From NCBI GenBank assembly GCA_028534125.1, contig CM052817.1, forward strand, positions 95,606,001 to 95,670,000: DNA of 64,000 nucleotides. Reading direction: 5' to 3'. The notes under the pieces were generated by a model. That model was not told the origin of the DNA, ran no database searches, and saw nothing but the letters and a program-made list of their open reading frames with translations. Of this stretch, positions 13,347 to 26,658 are shown piece by piece. This DNA comes from Lama glama (Eukaryota). The translations under genes were made by a program, and so were the position numbers. Each line of letters starts with the position of its first letter. Position 1 is the first letter of the stretch.

Positions 13347-15864
13347 TATTAAATCTCTCTGAATCTCCATTTAGCCATCTGTAAATTGAGCATAATTCCT
13401 GTGTCTCCATGGTTTGTTTTCAAAATTAAATGTGATGACACAGATCCCGGGCCTGACCACTTGGCAGGTTCTGGATAACGATTACCTTCCTCCTCTGTCC
13501 AGAACGAACGTGGTTAATCCAAAAGGAGCCTAAGCCACAACATGACACACACCAGCAACACCCAACGTTCTACTGTTTATATGACTTAGTCTGCATTTTA
13601 AAAGAATCTGCTGTGTTTGAAAAAGGATTGAGAAAAACACTTTGCTGGAATCCAGGAAAGCTTGGTACGTCCCTCTCTTGAGATGTGAGTTGGCAAGTCT
13701 TAACAGGAAGAAAGGTGACATGCACATCTTCTGAACCCACTGCTAGAGAGAGGTCCTTCGCAGCTGGCCAGCAGCATGGCAGGCCAAGGGTGAGTTGCAG
13801 GTGGTACTCTGATGCTAGGCACCATTTATTTAGATTTCAGAAAAGTCTATGAGCTGGTATGACTTCAATTAGATTGATCGGCAGAACAGAGAGAGGAAAA
13901 TGGATCAAGAACTGGCCTGGGGACAAGGTAGACCATTCCAAGCCAGCCTTTTTATTTAACATCAAACCTGACTGGCATATCAAGTCTTGAAAAGAACTAC
14001 GATTTGCCCGTGTTCTTTACTTCTTGTTTGTAGGTTACAAATAATAACAAAAAGAGTTTCTTTTTGTTTCAAGGGAAGTTAGCAAATACTGGGGGTAGGG
14101 ATTTACAAACACAATTGCTGAGATGTTTAATACCGCCTAACTCTAAGCTCCATCTGAAATAACAAACGGAAGCATCGGTGACTCCAAACACTGCAAGAGA
14201 ATTCCACGGAGACCCACATTTTCCTTCACACCCGCTCTGGTTGTGTTTTTGTTTTTTTGGCTTAATACAGAGCAAACATACTGTGACTTCAAAATCATAA
14301 TAAAACAGAACTGAAGCGCTACATTTTTTAAAAGCAGTGCCCAGACGTAAATCCTTCTCTTAACAGCCTTTGCTCTGGGAAGACGATGGGAAAACACCAA
14401 TAGCCACAGATACAAAGGTAATGGGTCTCCTCCCACAGAGCCGCCCTCCTCCATGCCCTGAAAAACACCTGACCTCAGAATCTTCCTTCTACGAGTGTGA
14501 CTCTTTTACAAAATGAGACGGCTATAAATTAGACAAATACATTAAATTATACATGGTCTGTAATTTCTGTCTCCCCCGTCATAGGAAAGCTCTTTGATTT
14601 CTCTTGTAAAATCACCATCCACCCCGGCACCACCCAGGATGCTCTCAGTAATCTGTTCACGGCTTTCAGGATACTCTGTACGCACACCCCTCCAGCAGAA
14701 GGTGACAGCAGCTTTCAACTCATTGTTTTATTCAGGATTCCTGGTGCTACCTCTGTCGAAGACATTCGCAGCAAGTAAAAATGTTAGGTGTTGGCTCGTG
14801 AGCATTCTGTGGTTCACAGGCAAGTCAGTCTAGAAATAGTGGCCACAAGGCGAGCCAGGACGCCGTGAAGCCCTGTGTTTATTCTGTTCCTCCGGGATGG
14901 TGGCAGCTGTGTGTCTCAGCTACCATCTGCCCAAGGCAAATGCCTAGTTAACTGTGCTATTCTCGATTTCTCCACGATCCGTAGTGCGCCCACCTCTCCC
15001 CACTTTGCTCTCTCCCACACCGCTTGCTTCGTCCTCCAAGGGCCTGACACACAATCACAACCCACTGCCTGGATCCCTGGGGCCTGGAGCTGCCAGGCCT
15101 TATGTGTTACTCTCATGTGGTGCCCTCCCCGCCCCTGGGTCTCACTCCAAAGGTGTCTGGAAGAGACGTTTATCCCATTGAGAGCGGTATATAAATATAT
15201 ACCAATATATACGGTTGAACTAATGCTGTGGGTTTTCAGCATTTGCAAGGGACTTCTTGGATTGGAACTCATTAAACCTCACTAATTATAGTCTCCAGTA
15301 ATAAGGAATTTGAAATCATTCTCGAGGCTGATGTTTATCTTTGCATGATCTGTGGCAAGATGAGGTTTGCTAAGTAAATAAAGAATAGAAATCATATTTT
15401 AATGGTGACGTTTAGATTAGCCAAGAGAAGATTTCTAAGGATGCTGAGGCTTTTATTTCTATACTAACAACAAATTATATTCGGCCTAGTCACTAAAACC
15501 AGCTGTCTCCTTCCTGGTTTCCCCATTCCTGCACGGCCACCACTGTTTCCAAATTCTACCTGCTTATAGCAAAGCTAACCCATCTCTCGGACGGGTAAGC
15601 TAGACTCGGTCTGCCAGACTTGGTCCGCCTGTCCCACCCCTCCTCCTTTTCTCTCAAACTCAGGCCTATTAACGATGCAGCCCCCAGTGGGCAACTCATT
15701 CTTGCCACATCTCCAACGATTCAGAAACCTGCTGCTCACTTGGTCTCCCGAAATTTTCCATAGGGATTCATAACTCTTATACCCTAGACTCTTAAGATCT
15801 TTCACTGGAGCTTCAAGATTTCTTTGTTCCCAGCATTGCATTTAGCAGTCTGGGAATAAACGTA

Positions 15865-16140
15865 GGTCCACAGTATGTATGGGAGACCCCTGGGGCTTGA
15901 TATATTTTGGGATTCATACTGTTTTTTATTTCAGGATGATAATACGGTACATAAGATGTGCTTTATATAACACTCCAATGGGCCTTCATAATCAAGCACG
16001 TTGATATTTCTGCAACATAATGTATGAACTTCACCCTTGGCATAAAGGCTATAAATAGCCTCCCACTAGGTCCTGCCACCAAGTCACCTACTCAAAACAT
16101 TGTGGCTGGATTTCAGAATTTTCAGAAGGGATTGGGAAGA
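15865..16140. mobile_element. Possible ancient Tigger-like DNA transposon relic
   Basis: Loose similarity by eye (ggtccaca...cccctggggc...ggattca...; ttcagaattttcag...gggatt); no clean TIR or TSD. Confidence 0.3.
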
Positions 16141-18203
16141 TAGGGTAGACGGTATACGAAGGCTGTTTATCACTGTCCAGACGTCAAAGACATGTTTTCT
16201 CGAAAAGTCTCCCCACTGTAATCTTTCGTTAATGCAGACTGATCTTCTCCACAATTAGTCCAAGTCATCAAGAGCTTCCTTACAAAACGTGTCTTCAGAT
16301 TACAAGAACTCTGTGATCACAAGGTTGTCCTTACCACTTCTGATTTTTCTAATTTTAACTCCATTTTTAAAGCATTTTCAACCTTATTTTTTAAAAGTCT
16401 CCTTTGAGTTGTCTATTTTGGCAAAATTTAAATATAGTCATTTTGTTTATCTTCTGCCTAAAGAAAGGCTTCTTCAGGAACAGAGGTTGATTAGCCCTTA
16501 GAATGACGGGTTTACATTTAAAAAAGTCTCAGGGATGCTGACTCCCGCGCCCTCAAATAAGAGTTAACTTTTTAAGTGTGAGTTGATCGATTTGTAATAA
16601 AGGTCTGTCAAGCAAATCACAGGAAGCCCCCCCTGCCCCCGCCTCCACCACCCCCAACACAAGACACACAGTTAAACATATCACTCTTTGAGGTCACGTT
16701 GTCACTTGACCAATAAACCCTTCTTAAAATATAGCCAGGCCAAACATTAAGCCAACGATGCAGGGTTTGCAGATACATCACAGGATGCTGGCTGGATGGG
16801 TCACAGCACTCTGACAGGCAATTCCTAGGCAGTTATTTTGACATTAGAAAGTCACAATCCATCAACTTAACAGCAGGGTGATAATTTAGGGACTGGGGAG
16901 ATGGCTATTCAAAATGACACTGTAGGAAGTAAACAGTAGTTCAAATAGCCCCTGTTTGAGAATGAAGACATCAACTAAGCAGAATTTCTTTCCACCCCTA
17001 GAACCAGGTATTATGTAACGTGTTTTTGTGTAAGCATGTTATTTATGGTATTTGAACAGAAAAGCCCTGCAAGGCTAACAAGCGTGCAGGTACCAGGGCT
17101 CTTTGGAGATGAGAAGAAATGGATCTGACATCACAAGACTAAAGGACGACCGAGAGTGGCTTTTTTCCCCACGGTCTGTCACAAACCGCTTCCAACGACC
17201 TGTGATACCCCAAGCCAGTATTTCCGAAGATGCTCGTTGGCCCTTTCTGAATCGCAAAATGCTCAGCTCTCCAACCATCTGTGCCTCTGACACCGGGCTC
17301 CTTCTGTGTGAGGGGGACACTTGGACTTTATTCTTGTGGAAACTCCCAGCCAACTACCCTGCTGTGAGCACCCCCTGCACACACGTGGCCTTGTTCTCTC
17401 CTGGGCAAATGAATGGGTGTGGGCCACCAAAAGCTTCTGAAATTATCTCAGTGGTTAAGAGCTGGAAGTGGCTGCTGAACGGGTACTGGGGTTGGGGTGG
17501 GGAGCTCCAGGGCAGGGGTTCTCAAATGTTCACATTTCAGGATAACTCTGAGAACGCCCTGGGGGACGGCCACGCTGTGGGTCAGGGGACAGCAAGCACA
17601 TCTTCCTTTTGGCTCAGTAAAGAGCCATGAAAAAGGAGGCGTGGAGAAGAAATTGTGCAGTGATGCTGAGATGGCAACAGGGAGTGGTGGATGGCTCTAC
17701 GCAGATCCTCTGACTAAGAAGAGAGGTGAGACCTGGGTGGCAAGGCTGTCTTCACAAGCTGTGTTGCTCCCATGGAAACCGAAGAGGCCTCTGGGGTGGC
17801 CCACACCCTACCAGGGTTATGACCTTCCCTGCCTGTGATCAGCATCCCCGCCACTGTTCCCTTCTATCCTCCTGGCTGCCTGCCTGAAATACTGACAATG
17901 TGGAAAGCAAATTATTTCTAGGATACACTTCGCTATTTCAAAGGAATTCCTTTACAAATGAAACATCAGCGGGGAGAGGATGACAGGCTCCTGCAGCAAA
18001 GAAGAAGAGCTTTACGATCATCTGCATTTGATTTTAACCAACTTCTGTGGCTATTTAAATTGAGTTTCTCCCTCCCGTCAAAATCCAAGCTTCCTACGAA
18101 TAACTTCAACCTACAAACTGAAAGTATCTGAAAACCCACACGTTTCAGGAAAGTAATTTTTAAGCAACCAGCAGTAGAAGCAAAATCGACAATGTTTCCA
18201 TAC

Positions 18204-18307
18204 CTGGAGCCGATATTCTTCCGTGAAGCACAGGTTCACTGGGCAGCAGGTCTTTTGAATTGAAGGTGAATGGTGATTGTCTACATGTGTCTTCTGAAAA
18301 GAAAGGG
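18204..18307 (-). CDS. ZNF827: ZNF827 coding exon, 104 nt, phase 2-1: (S)PFFSEDTCRQSPFTFNSKDLLPSEPVLHGRISAP
   Basis: Acceptor cttcccctcctcctctcccacccccag|C, donor CCAG|gtatgg. AG+C=Ser joins the 58-nt exon; 34 open codons. This frame is not in the ORF track. Confidence 0.92.
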
Positions 18308-18382
18308 CTGGGGGTGGGAGAGGAGGAGGGAAGTTTAGTAAATCAATGTTATTTAAGATACCCAGAGCATCTGGTCCCCAAT

Positions 18383-18486
18383 ACACACACAGACACAGAC
18401 ACAGACACAGACACAGACACACACAGACACGCACACACGAGTGCACATGCGTGCGCGAGTGCAAGCGCACGCGCATGCACGTGCAC
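18383..18486. repeat. Compound (ACACAG)n/(CA)n/(CG,TG) microsatellite
   Basis: Direct reading: acacacacagacacagacacagac...gcacacacgagtgcacatgcgtgcgcgagtgcaagcgcacgcgcatgcacgtgcac. Confidence 0.9.
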
Positions 18487-19259
18487 CATAAAGTATCTTT
18501 TAAAAATGGTGTTTAGAGAATGTAAGAGGACTATCCTTAAAATGGAGAAAGAAAATGTATCATAGCAGATAAGTGCCGTCTGTAGATTCTACCTATTGGT
18601 TTTATACTTAAAGTGAATATATATGGAACATCATGTTTGAAAGATTGTTAAACCCACAGTCAGGAGAGCTGAGAAGGGTATCTTCCTCCTGCACTGTATG
18701 TTCTATGAGTGTGTTGTGCGCCCAGATGGAGACCAACCACCTGAGTCAGATCAAAGAGGTCTGTTTGAGGTTATTTCCAGAGTGGGGACAGATGTGCTCC
18801 GACTCTCCCACATTCTGTCACCTGATCCCTCAGGGACCAAGGGCATGCCTCAGAAGGGCAGACAGCTGGAGTCAGGGACCACTGCACTGAAGGAGACAGC
18901 TTGCTGGTCCCTGTGGAAGCTGAGTCTGCATCCTACAACTGCCTTGGTTTGGAAGGAGTTAGAGCCAGTGAATGGGGCTGCCAGGAAGAACCCTGGGGAG
19001 CATCTCCATTTTCCAAGAAACTAAGGCTCTGACTTGAGTGATTCTAAGCTCCCCTGGTGACTTAGCTAGAACTAGAACCAGGGACACCCAACACCCAACC
19101 AGGGTTTTCCTCTAATACCACAGCCACAGTGAACATAAATGCTTTGGATGCTTTTAATCAGAGGGTTTTTAACGCAATCACAGCATTCATCTTCCCATGC
19201 CTCTCAAGTAAACTGTAAGTACTGCGACCACATACTGGAGTAGACAGCAGAGTCCAGCA

Positions 19260-19680
19260 TGGAGAACTGAAAGCCCAATTTATTTACAACAAAGAAAGCA
19301 TCACTGAGGGACCTGGGTACACAGGTGGTGGAAGGTTCATAGAGGGCAGTAGTGCAGCTCAGAAATAGGAGGAGCAAGAAGCCACCACCACCCTGAGGCT
19401 GGAGGGACAAAAGAAAAAGTTAAACGGAGCCCAGGGCTGGGGTCACCTGGTGGGAGCTGGAGGCACGGTGAGCCTGTCCAGGGGGCAGCTGGAACCAGGG
19501 AGGTGCAGGAGACAGAGAGGGAGGGAAATATTCCAGCTCTTTCTAAAGCCCCGCTCCCACCCCATCAAAGGCTCTGATTGGCTGAACCTGCCTAGAAGTC
19601 AGGGCCACGCAGCCAGCAGGGATCAGCTCCTGCAAAATGACGGATCAGGGGAAGGAACAGACCTGAGGGCACACAAGCCT
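19260..19680 (-). mobile_element. Ancient ERVL-type LTR relic (LTR33-like)
   Basis: ctgattggctgaacctgcctagaagtcaggg...gatcagctcctg resembles LTR33-group sequence; boundaries uncertain. Confidence 0.35.
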
Positions 19681-20019
19681 ACGACTCCATGACAGGTAAT
19701 GCTTTTTAAACATGCCGCAAGGCTATCACTGTTATTAAATGCTAAAAAGAATACTGCGATAAAATGGAGGACATTTTTTTTTTTTAAAAGTAAAACACAT
19801 GATTAATACAGTTTCATTTGGCTGTTAGGCTAGATTTAATGCAACTTTGTGTGCCATGCTTTTTATTTATCTCTTAAGCATAGAACAATTTAAATAGGCT
19901 ATTTTAGTGAACCGGCCACAGGCTAGGGGGTGATGGAGACTGGAAGACATGTCATTTTGCACCAAACTTCTCCCAACCTGAAACTGACACAAGTCCCATG
20001 AGAGGACGAGGCCAGGCAG

Positions 20020-20250
20020 CGTGGGGGCTAAGAGCGTGCACGGGAGGGTGGGCAGTTCTACGTTCAAATTCCAGCTCTGCCACTTATGGCTGTGTGATCT
20101 TGCACAAATCATTTGACTTTTCTGAGCCTTTGTTTCTTGTCTATTTAATGGGATGATGGTTGCATCCCTGGGAGGGCTGAGTTGCTAGTTCATGTAACAC
20201 TCTATTCACTGTGTCTGGCAAACAGCAAGTGCTCACCAAAGGCAAGCTAT
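20020..20250 (+). mobile_element. MIR
   Basis: gttcaaattccagctctgccacttatggctgtgtgatcttgcacaaatcatttgacttttctgagcctttgtttc is the MIR core. Confidence 0.8.
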
Positions 20251-21383
20251 TTTTAATCTGTATCTCTGTCTAGGCCAAAAGGGAACATGCATTAATCACC
20301 CTTTCCTCGTAAGCTGACAAAAAGTGTAGTTTCCTTGCATAAAATGCATGAATGAAAGGTCGCTCTGATTTGGAAGTGTCAGTTGACTGCTGGGGCAAGT
20401 TAGGTTAATTTCCAACTCTTCCACAAAGAAAACTGTTTAGAATCAAAGAACCTTTAAGAAAGTAGAGACCTTGGAGGATTGCTGGTTGGACCCAGAGTGT
20501 CAGATTTCGCAATTCCCACCTCCTGAGCCCTGAAGTGTCTATACAAGGTGACGGTGACATCCTGAGGTCTGAGTGGACAGTTCACATGGGAAGTACCACA
20601 GGTTGGCCCAAGGGCACAGGTGAACAAAGGTCAGGCAATAGGTCTTCGGTTATCCTGGAATCACCCTGGAATATGAGAGCTCATGGAACTGTTTGGTCTG
20701 AAATGTGGATTCTTCCCTTTGGGGATGACAAGAGTCCCAAGAGGGGCCCCATACGGGTACCTAGAAATACCACCTTTCTTGCCACAGAGGAAGATGCACA
20801 GGGCCCTCATTCCCTCAGCTTCACAGTAGTACTTAGGGAGTGCCTGGACGCACAGGCACTGGAAACATAACTCAGCAACGCTGGTTACAGTGGCAAATGT
20901 CGGGGGGTTCAAAGACTAGAATAATGCTGTGGAAGAGAGGGGCACGGGGTTATAGTTGGGGGTCTGGCCTGGCCTGCAAGGCCAGCTTTTCCTGCAGAAG
21001 CCACAACTGAGCTGAGACCTGAGTGGGGAGCAGGGTTGTCAGGGTTCCCGGGGGCTGGGAGAACTGTCCCCTGCAGAGTGTGAGAACACAGCCAGTCTGC
21101 GGGTGGGGGCGGGGGGGATGAGGCTGAAGCGGCGGGCGGGGCGGGCCCGTGGCACGCAGAGATCATGGCTTCGTCCTGACAGTGCTGGGAAGCCCTGCAG
21201 CGCTTTAAGTAAGGGAGCACAGAATACGAGTTCACTTTCAGGAGGTCCTGCTGGGCAGGCCGGAGAACACAAGGCAGGCGGCCAGAGCAGCAGTCCATAC
21301 GGGACATGATGACTCTGGCGGCCAACCCTGCAAAGCAGCAGCGACACATGCAGACTGAAAAACAGTCTAAGAAATAGGGCAGG

Positions 21384-21742
21384 GCTTGCAGCAACATGGA
21401 TGGAGCTGGACATTGTCATACTAAGTGAAGTATGCCAGAAAGAGAACAAAAAAAGACCATGTGATGTCACTTAAATGGGGAAACAAACAAACAAAAAAAC
21501 CCCAAAACAGTACAGATGAACTTATTACAAAACAGAAACAGACTCACAGACATAGAAAACAAACTTCTGGTTACCAGGGGAAGAAAGAGGGTGGGGAGGG
21601 ATAAACTGGGAGTTCGGGATATGCAGATACTAACTACTGTATATAAAATAGATAAACATCAAGGTCCTACTGTATAGCACAGGGAGCTATACTCAATACC
21701 TTGTAATAGCCTATAATGGAAAAGAATCTGAAAAGGAATATA

Positions 21743-21778
<36 letters not shown>

Positions 21779-21846
21779 AATAACTATGCTGTGCCCCAGA
21801 AATGAACACAACATTGTAAACTGACTGTATTTCAATTAAAAAAAAA
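21384..21846 (+). mobile_element. 5'-truncated lineage-specific L1 3' end containing a (TA)n tract
   Basis: ttgcagcaacatggatggagctgga...ctaagtgaagt (ORF2 end), 3'UTR, polyA; 15-bp TSD aagaaatag(g/a)gcagg at 21369-21383 and 21847-21861; (TA)n about 21738-21778. Confidence 0.9.
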
Positions 21847-22399
21847 AAGAAATAGAGCAGGTAAAGACCACAGGTACATTTCAAACCAACCCTATGGTGT
21901 CCAGGTGAACTGGGCAGAGGCCGCCACGCTGCTGCTGGGAAGCACACCCTAGGTTTTGCTAAGCAGTGGAAACGGGCAAGCTCTGCATCTTCACACATGT
22001 TCTCTTCAACAGATTTCCACTGATGCAGGAAGTGAAGCTCTCTTACCACCCAGCCCCTCAGATAAAACTGACTTGAAAGGGACACAGTCACCGAAGGCAA
22101 CAACATTCCCAAGTAACTGTCTACACTGGAGGCCAACTTTATTCTGTATAGAAAAGAAAAGATTTCTCCTGAGGGAGCAAAGAATTAGATGGGAGTCAGG
22201 CTGGATGCTAAAAATGCACAAAAGGACTGGCAATGTTTGGAGCAAAGAACTGATAGAGAAACTCTGACAAGTCAAGGCAGCTTACGCCTGGTTTAAGATC
22301 TTATCTATAAAGAGAAGGTGCTAGGTTAACAGAGCCTCAGTCTCAGGCCAAACATGCAATGCTCTGCATTCGTCTTCACTCACGCCTGGAGGTGGAAGT

Positions 22400-22870
22400 G
22401 CAGTGGGTTAGTGCTGAGCTTGGAATCAGAGGGATCTGAGTCTGAATTCCGTATTGCCCACTTCATGGTGAAGTGTTCTTTGTCCACAACCTCTCAGTTC
22501 CATCACTGGAAAAGAGGTTTTAAAATACCATCTATACTGGGGAGCTGTAAAGGGTTAAGTAAGATATTTCAGGTTTAAGTTCTTAGTACGTAGTACATGC
22601 TCAATAAAAAAGCAGCAACTGACACATATACTGCTTACCAAGCACCTGGCACTGCTCTAAAGTACTTTGTGTGCATTAACTTCGTTGAATCCTGCCAAGA
22701 ACCCTCCATAGGGTGGAGACCATTATTATCATCATCTGTATTTTACAGATGAAGAAACTGAAGTACAGAGAAGGAGTTGCCCCTGCCTGTGGGCTGAGAC
22801 AGGATCTGAACCCAAGCCTGTTGGCATCACATTCTGTACCCCTGCCCATTAAGCTAAGCTACACTGCCTT
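22400..22870. mobile_element. Two MIRs tail-to-tail (+ about 22400-22610, - about 22625-22870)
   Basis: tctgaattccgtattgccc...tgctcaataaa, then ttattatcatc...ttttacagatgaagaaactgaag...tgaacccaag (reverse MIR core). Confidence 0.65.
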
Positions 22871-24774
22871 CTGTTGGGTCTCCTGACATCTGGGGAACTC
22901 ATGGACAACACAGAATCATGGATCCTCCTTGAAACCGACAGAACAGAGGGAAGAGACAGAGGAAGAGGGGATGAAGGGAGGAAGGGAGCACGGTTTCCAT
23001 ACGCAGGAGCCTAGGTAACCAAAGAAGGCTTTTTCCATGGAGAAATAGAACACGTGAAAATGATTTCAGTCTTTACTTCTCTCTAGGAGTTAAAATACTC
23101 CCTGACTTTCTAAAACTTCCACAACCCAAGTTGGCTCAGTTTGCAATCCTTAACATTCTCCACTGGCTGAAACCCCTGCTTCTCCGGGCAAGCTCATCTC
23201 TGTGATTAAGCCTAAATAGAGAGAAAAGGGTAAGCTGACCAGGTCATCAGGTGTTCGGAAACCTCTAGCTCCGCACAGAGATGAAGCTCACGGTGGCACT
23301 ATGGCTACAAGACATCAGCATATTAATCTTTCAGCCGCCTAGATTGGCATCCGGGTCTCAGAAGAGGAGGAGGAAGGGGAAACCAAACCTGGAGCATGCC
23401 CTGTATAGCACGTGCTTACTGAGTGGGATCAGATCTCCAACAACCGTGGTCATCTTCAACTCTCGGCCCGTGTTCTGAGGACGGATGTCCCCGCACTTTT
23501 AACTCAGCACCGGGCAGTGTCATTCTGAGAATGCTGAGATGGTAGTCCCACAGCCCCTCTCCTTCTCCCGGGCCTCACAGGGTCTGTTAAGAACAAAAGC
23601 CCATCTGCTCTGCAGGGGACAAATCGCCCCCTCAGCCAGGCTGCAGGGACCGGGAGAGGGTGGTGGGGAGGGGAGGCCCAGGAGGTGGCCAATGCAGGAG
23701 GAACCCTGTCTGCACTTTACAGGGAGGAAAATGGTAAATGAAATGCAGGCTTAACTACATACTCAACTCTGAAGTACATCTGTGCCATCCTTTGACAATT
23801 TAGGTGGTTACCGACTCTTGCAGAGAAGGAACCCCCCGTGAATGCCACAAGGTTTGTTCCAACTTCCTGGCTCTCCAACTGCCTCCATTTAGTCATTTTA
23901 CTGTGAAAAAGCCCCTCCATTGGAAAGAGAGCTTAGCAAGTGGAAAAGGCCAAATCTGTTCCCCAAAATGATTATTTCTGGTTAATATTTCTGGTAAAAA
24001 GTTGGCAGAGCAGCAGGGTGACTAACAGCTAACGGGGGACAGCACCGTCACTCATTCTCACTTACCAAAATCCCCACTGGCCACAACACACCCCCTCCGG
24101 CCCTGCACAACAACAGGCCCCCTGGAAGACTCAGCTAATTCGGATAAATATTCAGTAATTACTCAGGAGCAGCATCTGGAAACTGCTGGTGTAGACTCAG
24201 AACCGCCCAACTCCTCAGTTACTTTCCCTGCCTTTTGTGACTTAGAAAAGACAAAATCTCGATCTATTCAAGTTTCTGTTTTGGATCAAAATGAAATGAA
24301 CAATGAATGCGTATTTTGATTTTTTTTTTTTCTCCTGCAGAAAATCTCAGGGTGAAAATAGGAGAGGGCCCGCTGTCACTGTGACCAGACAATTCCAGGC
24401 ATTAGATGGCATGGGCTGCATGGTCAACAGCACGGGGCTGCAAAAAGAAAAGATTTACAATAAATAATAAAACAGTCCATAAAAGATTACGGCTCTAAAT
24501 AGTGATACATTTTGCTAAGTGCTGATTGTGGCACCAGTATTTCCACCTTTAACATCTGAGTGCCAACAGGGAGCTTGGCTCCGTGCAGAATAAAAGGCCC
24601 ATCTACTTAAAAACTACCCCTCCCCATGGGCCACCGCTGAAACCCATGCATTAACGGGAATTCTCATTAGGATGGCAATAGCAAAGCAGAACAACATGAA
24701 AAAGGAAAAGGTGGATACAGCATATGGAAGAGGAAGTTAAGAAAAAAACTTTATGCTTAGTAATGATGCTATAA

Positions 24775-24875
24775 TTTTATTTAAAAAAATTTTTTTTAAC
24801 AGAGGTACTAGGGATTGAACCCATGACCTCATGCATGCTGAGCACACCCTCTACCACTAAGCTATGCCTGACCCC
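24775..24875 (-). mobile_element. tRNA-derived SINE (camelid Vic-1-like)
   Basis: Reverse complement has A box tagcttagtgg, B box ggttcaatcc and an A-rich tail; TSD-like ct(a/g)taatttt. Confidence 0.85.
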
Positions 24876-26658
24876 AGGACACTGTAATTTTAAAGAAGCA
24901 ACAGAGAAGACATTTTTTTTTCTTTTTAAAAGACAGTAATAACTCTTCAGACTGAACTTGGGGATGGCACATAGAAAAGAAAGATTGAACAAGAAAAAAA
25001 GACTTGGCTCTGCAATGAATTTTTACTCTGAATCCATAAGGATCTACATAATTTCAGGGTAAAGTGAAATTCTATTAAATATGACAGTTTTGGGCAAATC
25101 ATCCTGAAGTGATATTCTGACTTCAATCTGCACAGAGACCAAATTTTCATTAATGAATAAAAAAAGATGATGTATTTTCAAAAAAAAAAGCACTTAATTA
25201 TCTATCCTGCTGGGTATCACATCACGTAACAGGGCTTCCGTAACAGGATTTTTTTTCCCAAGAGCTAGATGAAATATGTCCAAAAGGATGTGGGTTCATT
25301 TTATTTCGTTTTGTTTTATTTTAAGGAAATTTTAAGAACAAATGATCTGACTGAGATATTTCTGAGAAGCTATATATTGCAAAAGGGGAGCCAGAAGCCC
25401 CTTTCTGGGCTGGAAAACTTCTGTGGGAGGCAATGTTTTTTCTCTCCAGTTGCTACCCGCTTCCCAGTGGACCCCAGCCCGAGGGCCACCTCATCAGACA
25501 GCAGTCTCTCTCTCTCCTGGTAACAGGGCAGCCTCAATCTCCACTCAGCCCCAGCTCTCAAGTCAGGTCACTGAAATACTAGCTTTCTGTACTGATATAC
25601 CATGTTTTTTTTTTTTAAGAACTGAGATTTCATAGATGTATCTACAACCATTGTACTGGTATTTTAAAACTCTGACCTCTGGATCACATAGACCTTGAGA
25701 CCAACCCCAGGAGTGACGCACGGCATTAGCATTTTGAAGTGAGCAGGAAGCACTATTTGAGAAAACAATCTTCCATGCCTCCAAAAGCCTCAAGCAGAGA
25801 CAGGCGACAGACTACATTATTCCGAGAATAAATCTGACTCTAGTTCCAAGACTTTCTGACTACGTGGAATAGGCATGCTGCAGACTGGAATGGAATACAG
25901 GTAACTTCCATATGGAAGCTCCACGTATAGATCATGCAACTAAAGGAGACGAGAACAAGCCAGAAACATTTTCTATGAACAAAACCTAGACCTTGCTAAT
26001 AAGAGCAGACTGTTATAGAACAAAAAGTGCTGTGTGCTTTTTTTTTTTTTTAAAAAAAGCTTTTCAAACTTATCAAATAGGAAAGATGGCATTATTCAAA
26101 GGTAAGGAATTGGGAAATATTTCAGTTAGTTATAACTACCTTCTCAACATTTCCTCGAGTACTTTAAGGTCAGAAGAAACCTTCTGAAAAGCTAGAATAG
26201 CCTGCACGAAAATCTGCTTACAACTCAATAACAAAAGCATTGCCACGCTTTATTTTTAGATATTCCATTTAAGAAAAAAAAAGATCAAATAATATTATTC
26301 CATTTTCAACTTAATTTTCATGATCAATGCAGTTTTCTTCATTTTTAGGTAGTGCTTTTTTGCCTCAAATATTACTGTCCTTGGTTAATTTATTTGCTAA
26401 TAATTTATAATGGAATAATGGATGCTTAATATTTGTTTTTATATATTTACATATCTATCTGTTTTGTAACATATTTATAAATGATTGCATTTGAAATACA
26501 TTAAATGCTAAGTTCCACTGATTTTTGTAAAAGAATTCTGAGCACCCTTTACAACCCTCGTAAGTCCCTTTGCTCCAGTAGAGCAATCTCGCTTGTATGC
26601 CACTTTAGACAGTACATGGTCATCGTAACTTCTCACTTGGACCCTCAATTCCATTTTG

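Larger units (their letters stand above)
12640..13490 (+). mobile_element. MIR split by later L1 and Tigger insertions
   Basis: 5' part gtttgaattcccgggctgccac...aaattatta resumes after the inserts as aatctctctgaatctccatttagccatctgtaaa (MIR core). Confidence 0.65.

Noticed and set aside
17103..17630. Longest ORF in the track (175 aa) and other 100-160 aa ORFs (3460, 20909, 28959, 46982, 56892)
   Set aside because: No recognisable domain, often non-ATG starts, overlapping ORFs on both strands or inside repeats; consistent with chance in GC-richer intron.
1..18203. Next ZNF827 exon (C2H2 zinc finger)
   Set aside because: I found no CxxC...HxxxH coding segment on the minus strand; it presumably lies beyond the left edge.
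18111..18565. ORFs with CLCLCL or TDTDTD runs
   Set aside because: Translations of the microsatellite; the real exon uses another frame.
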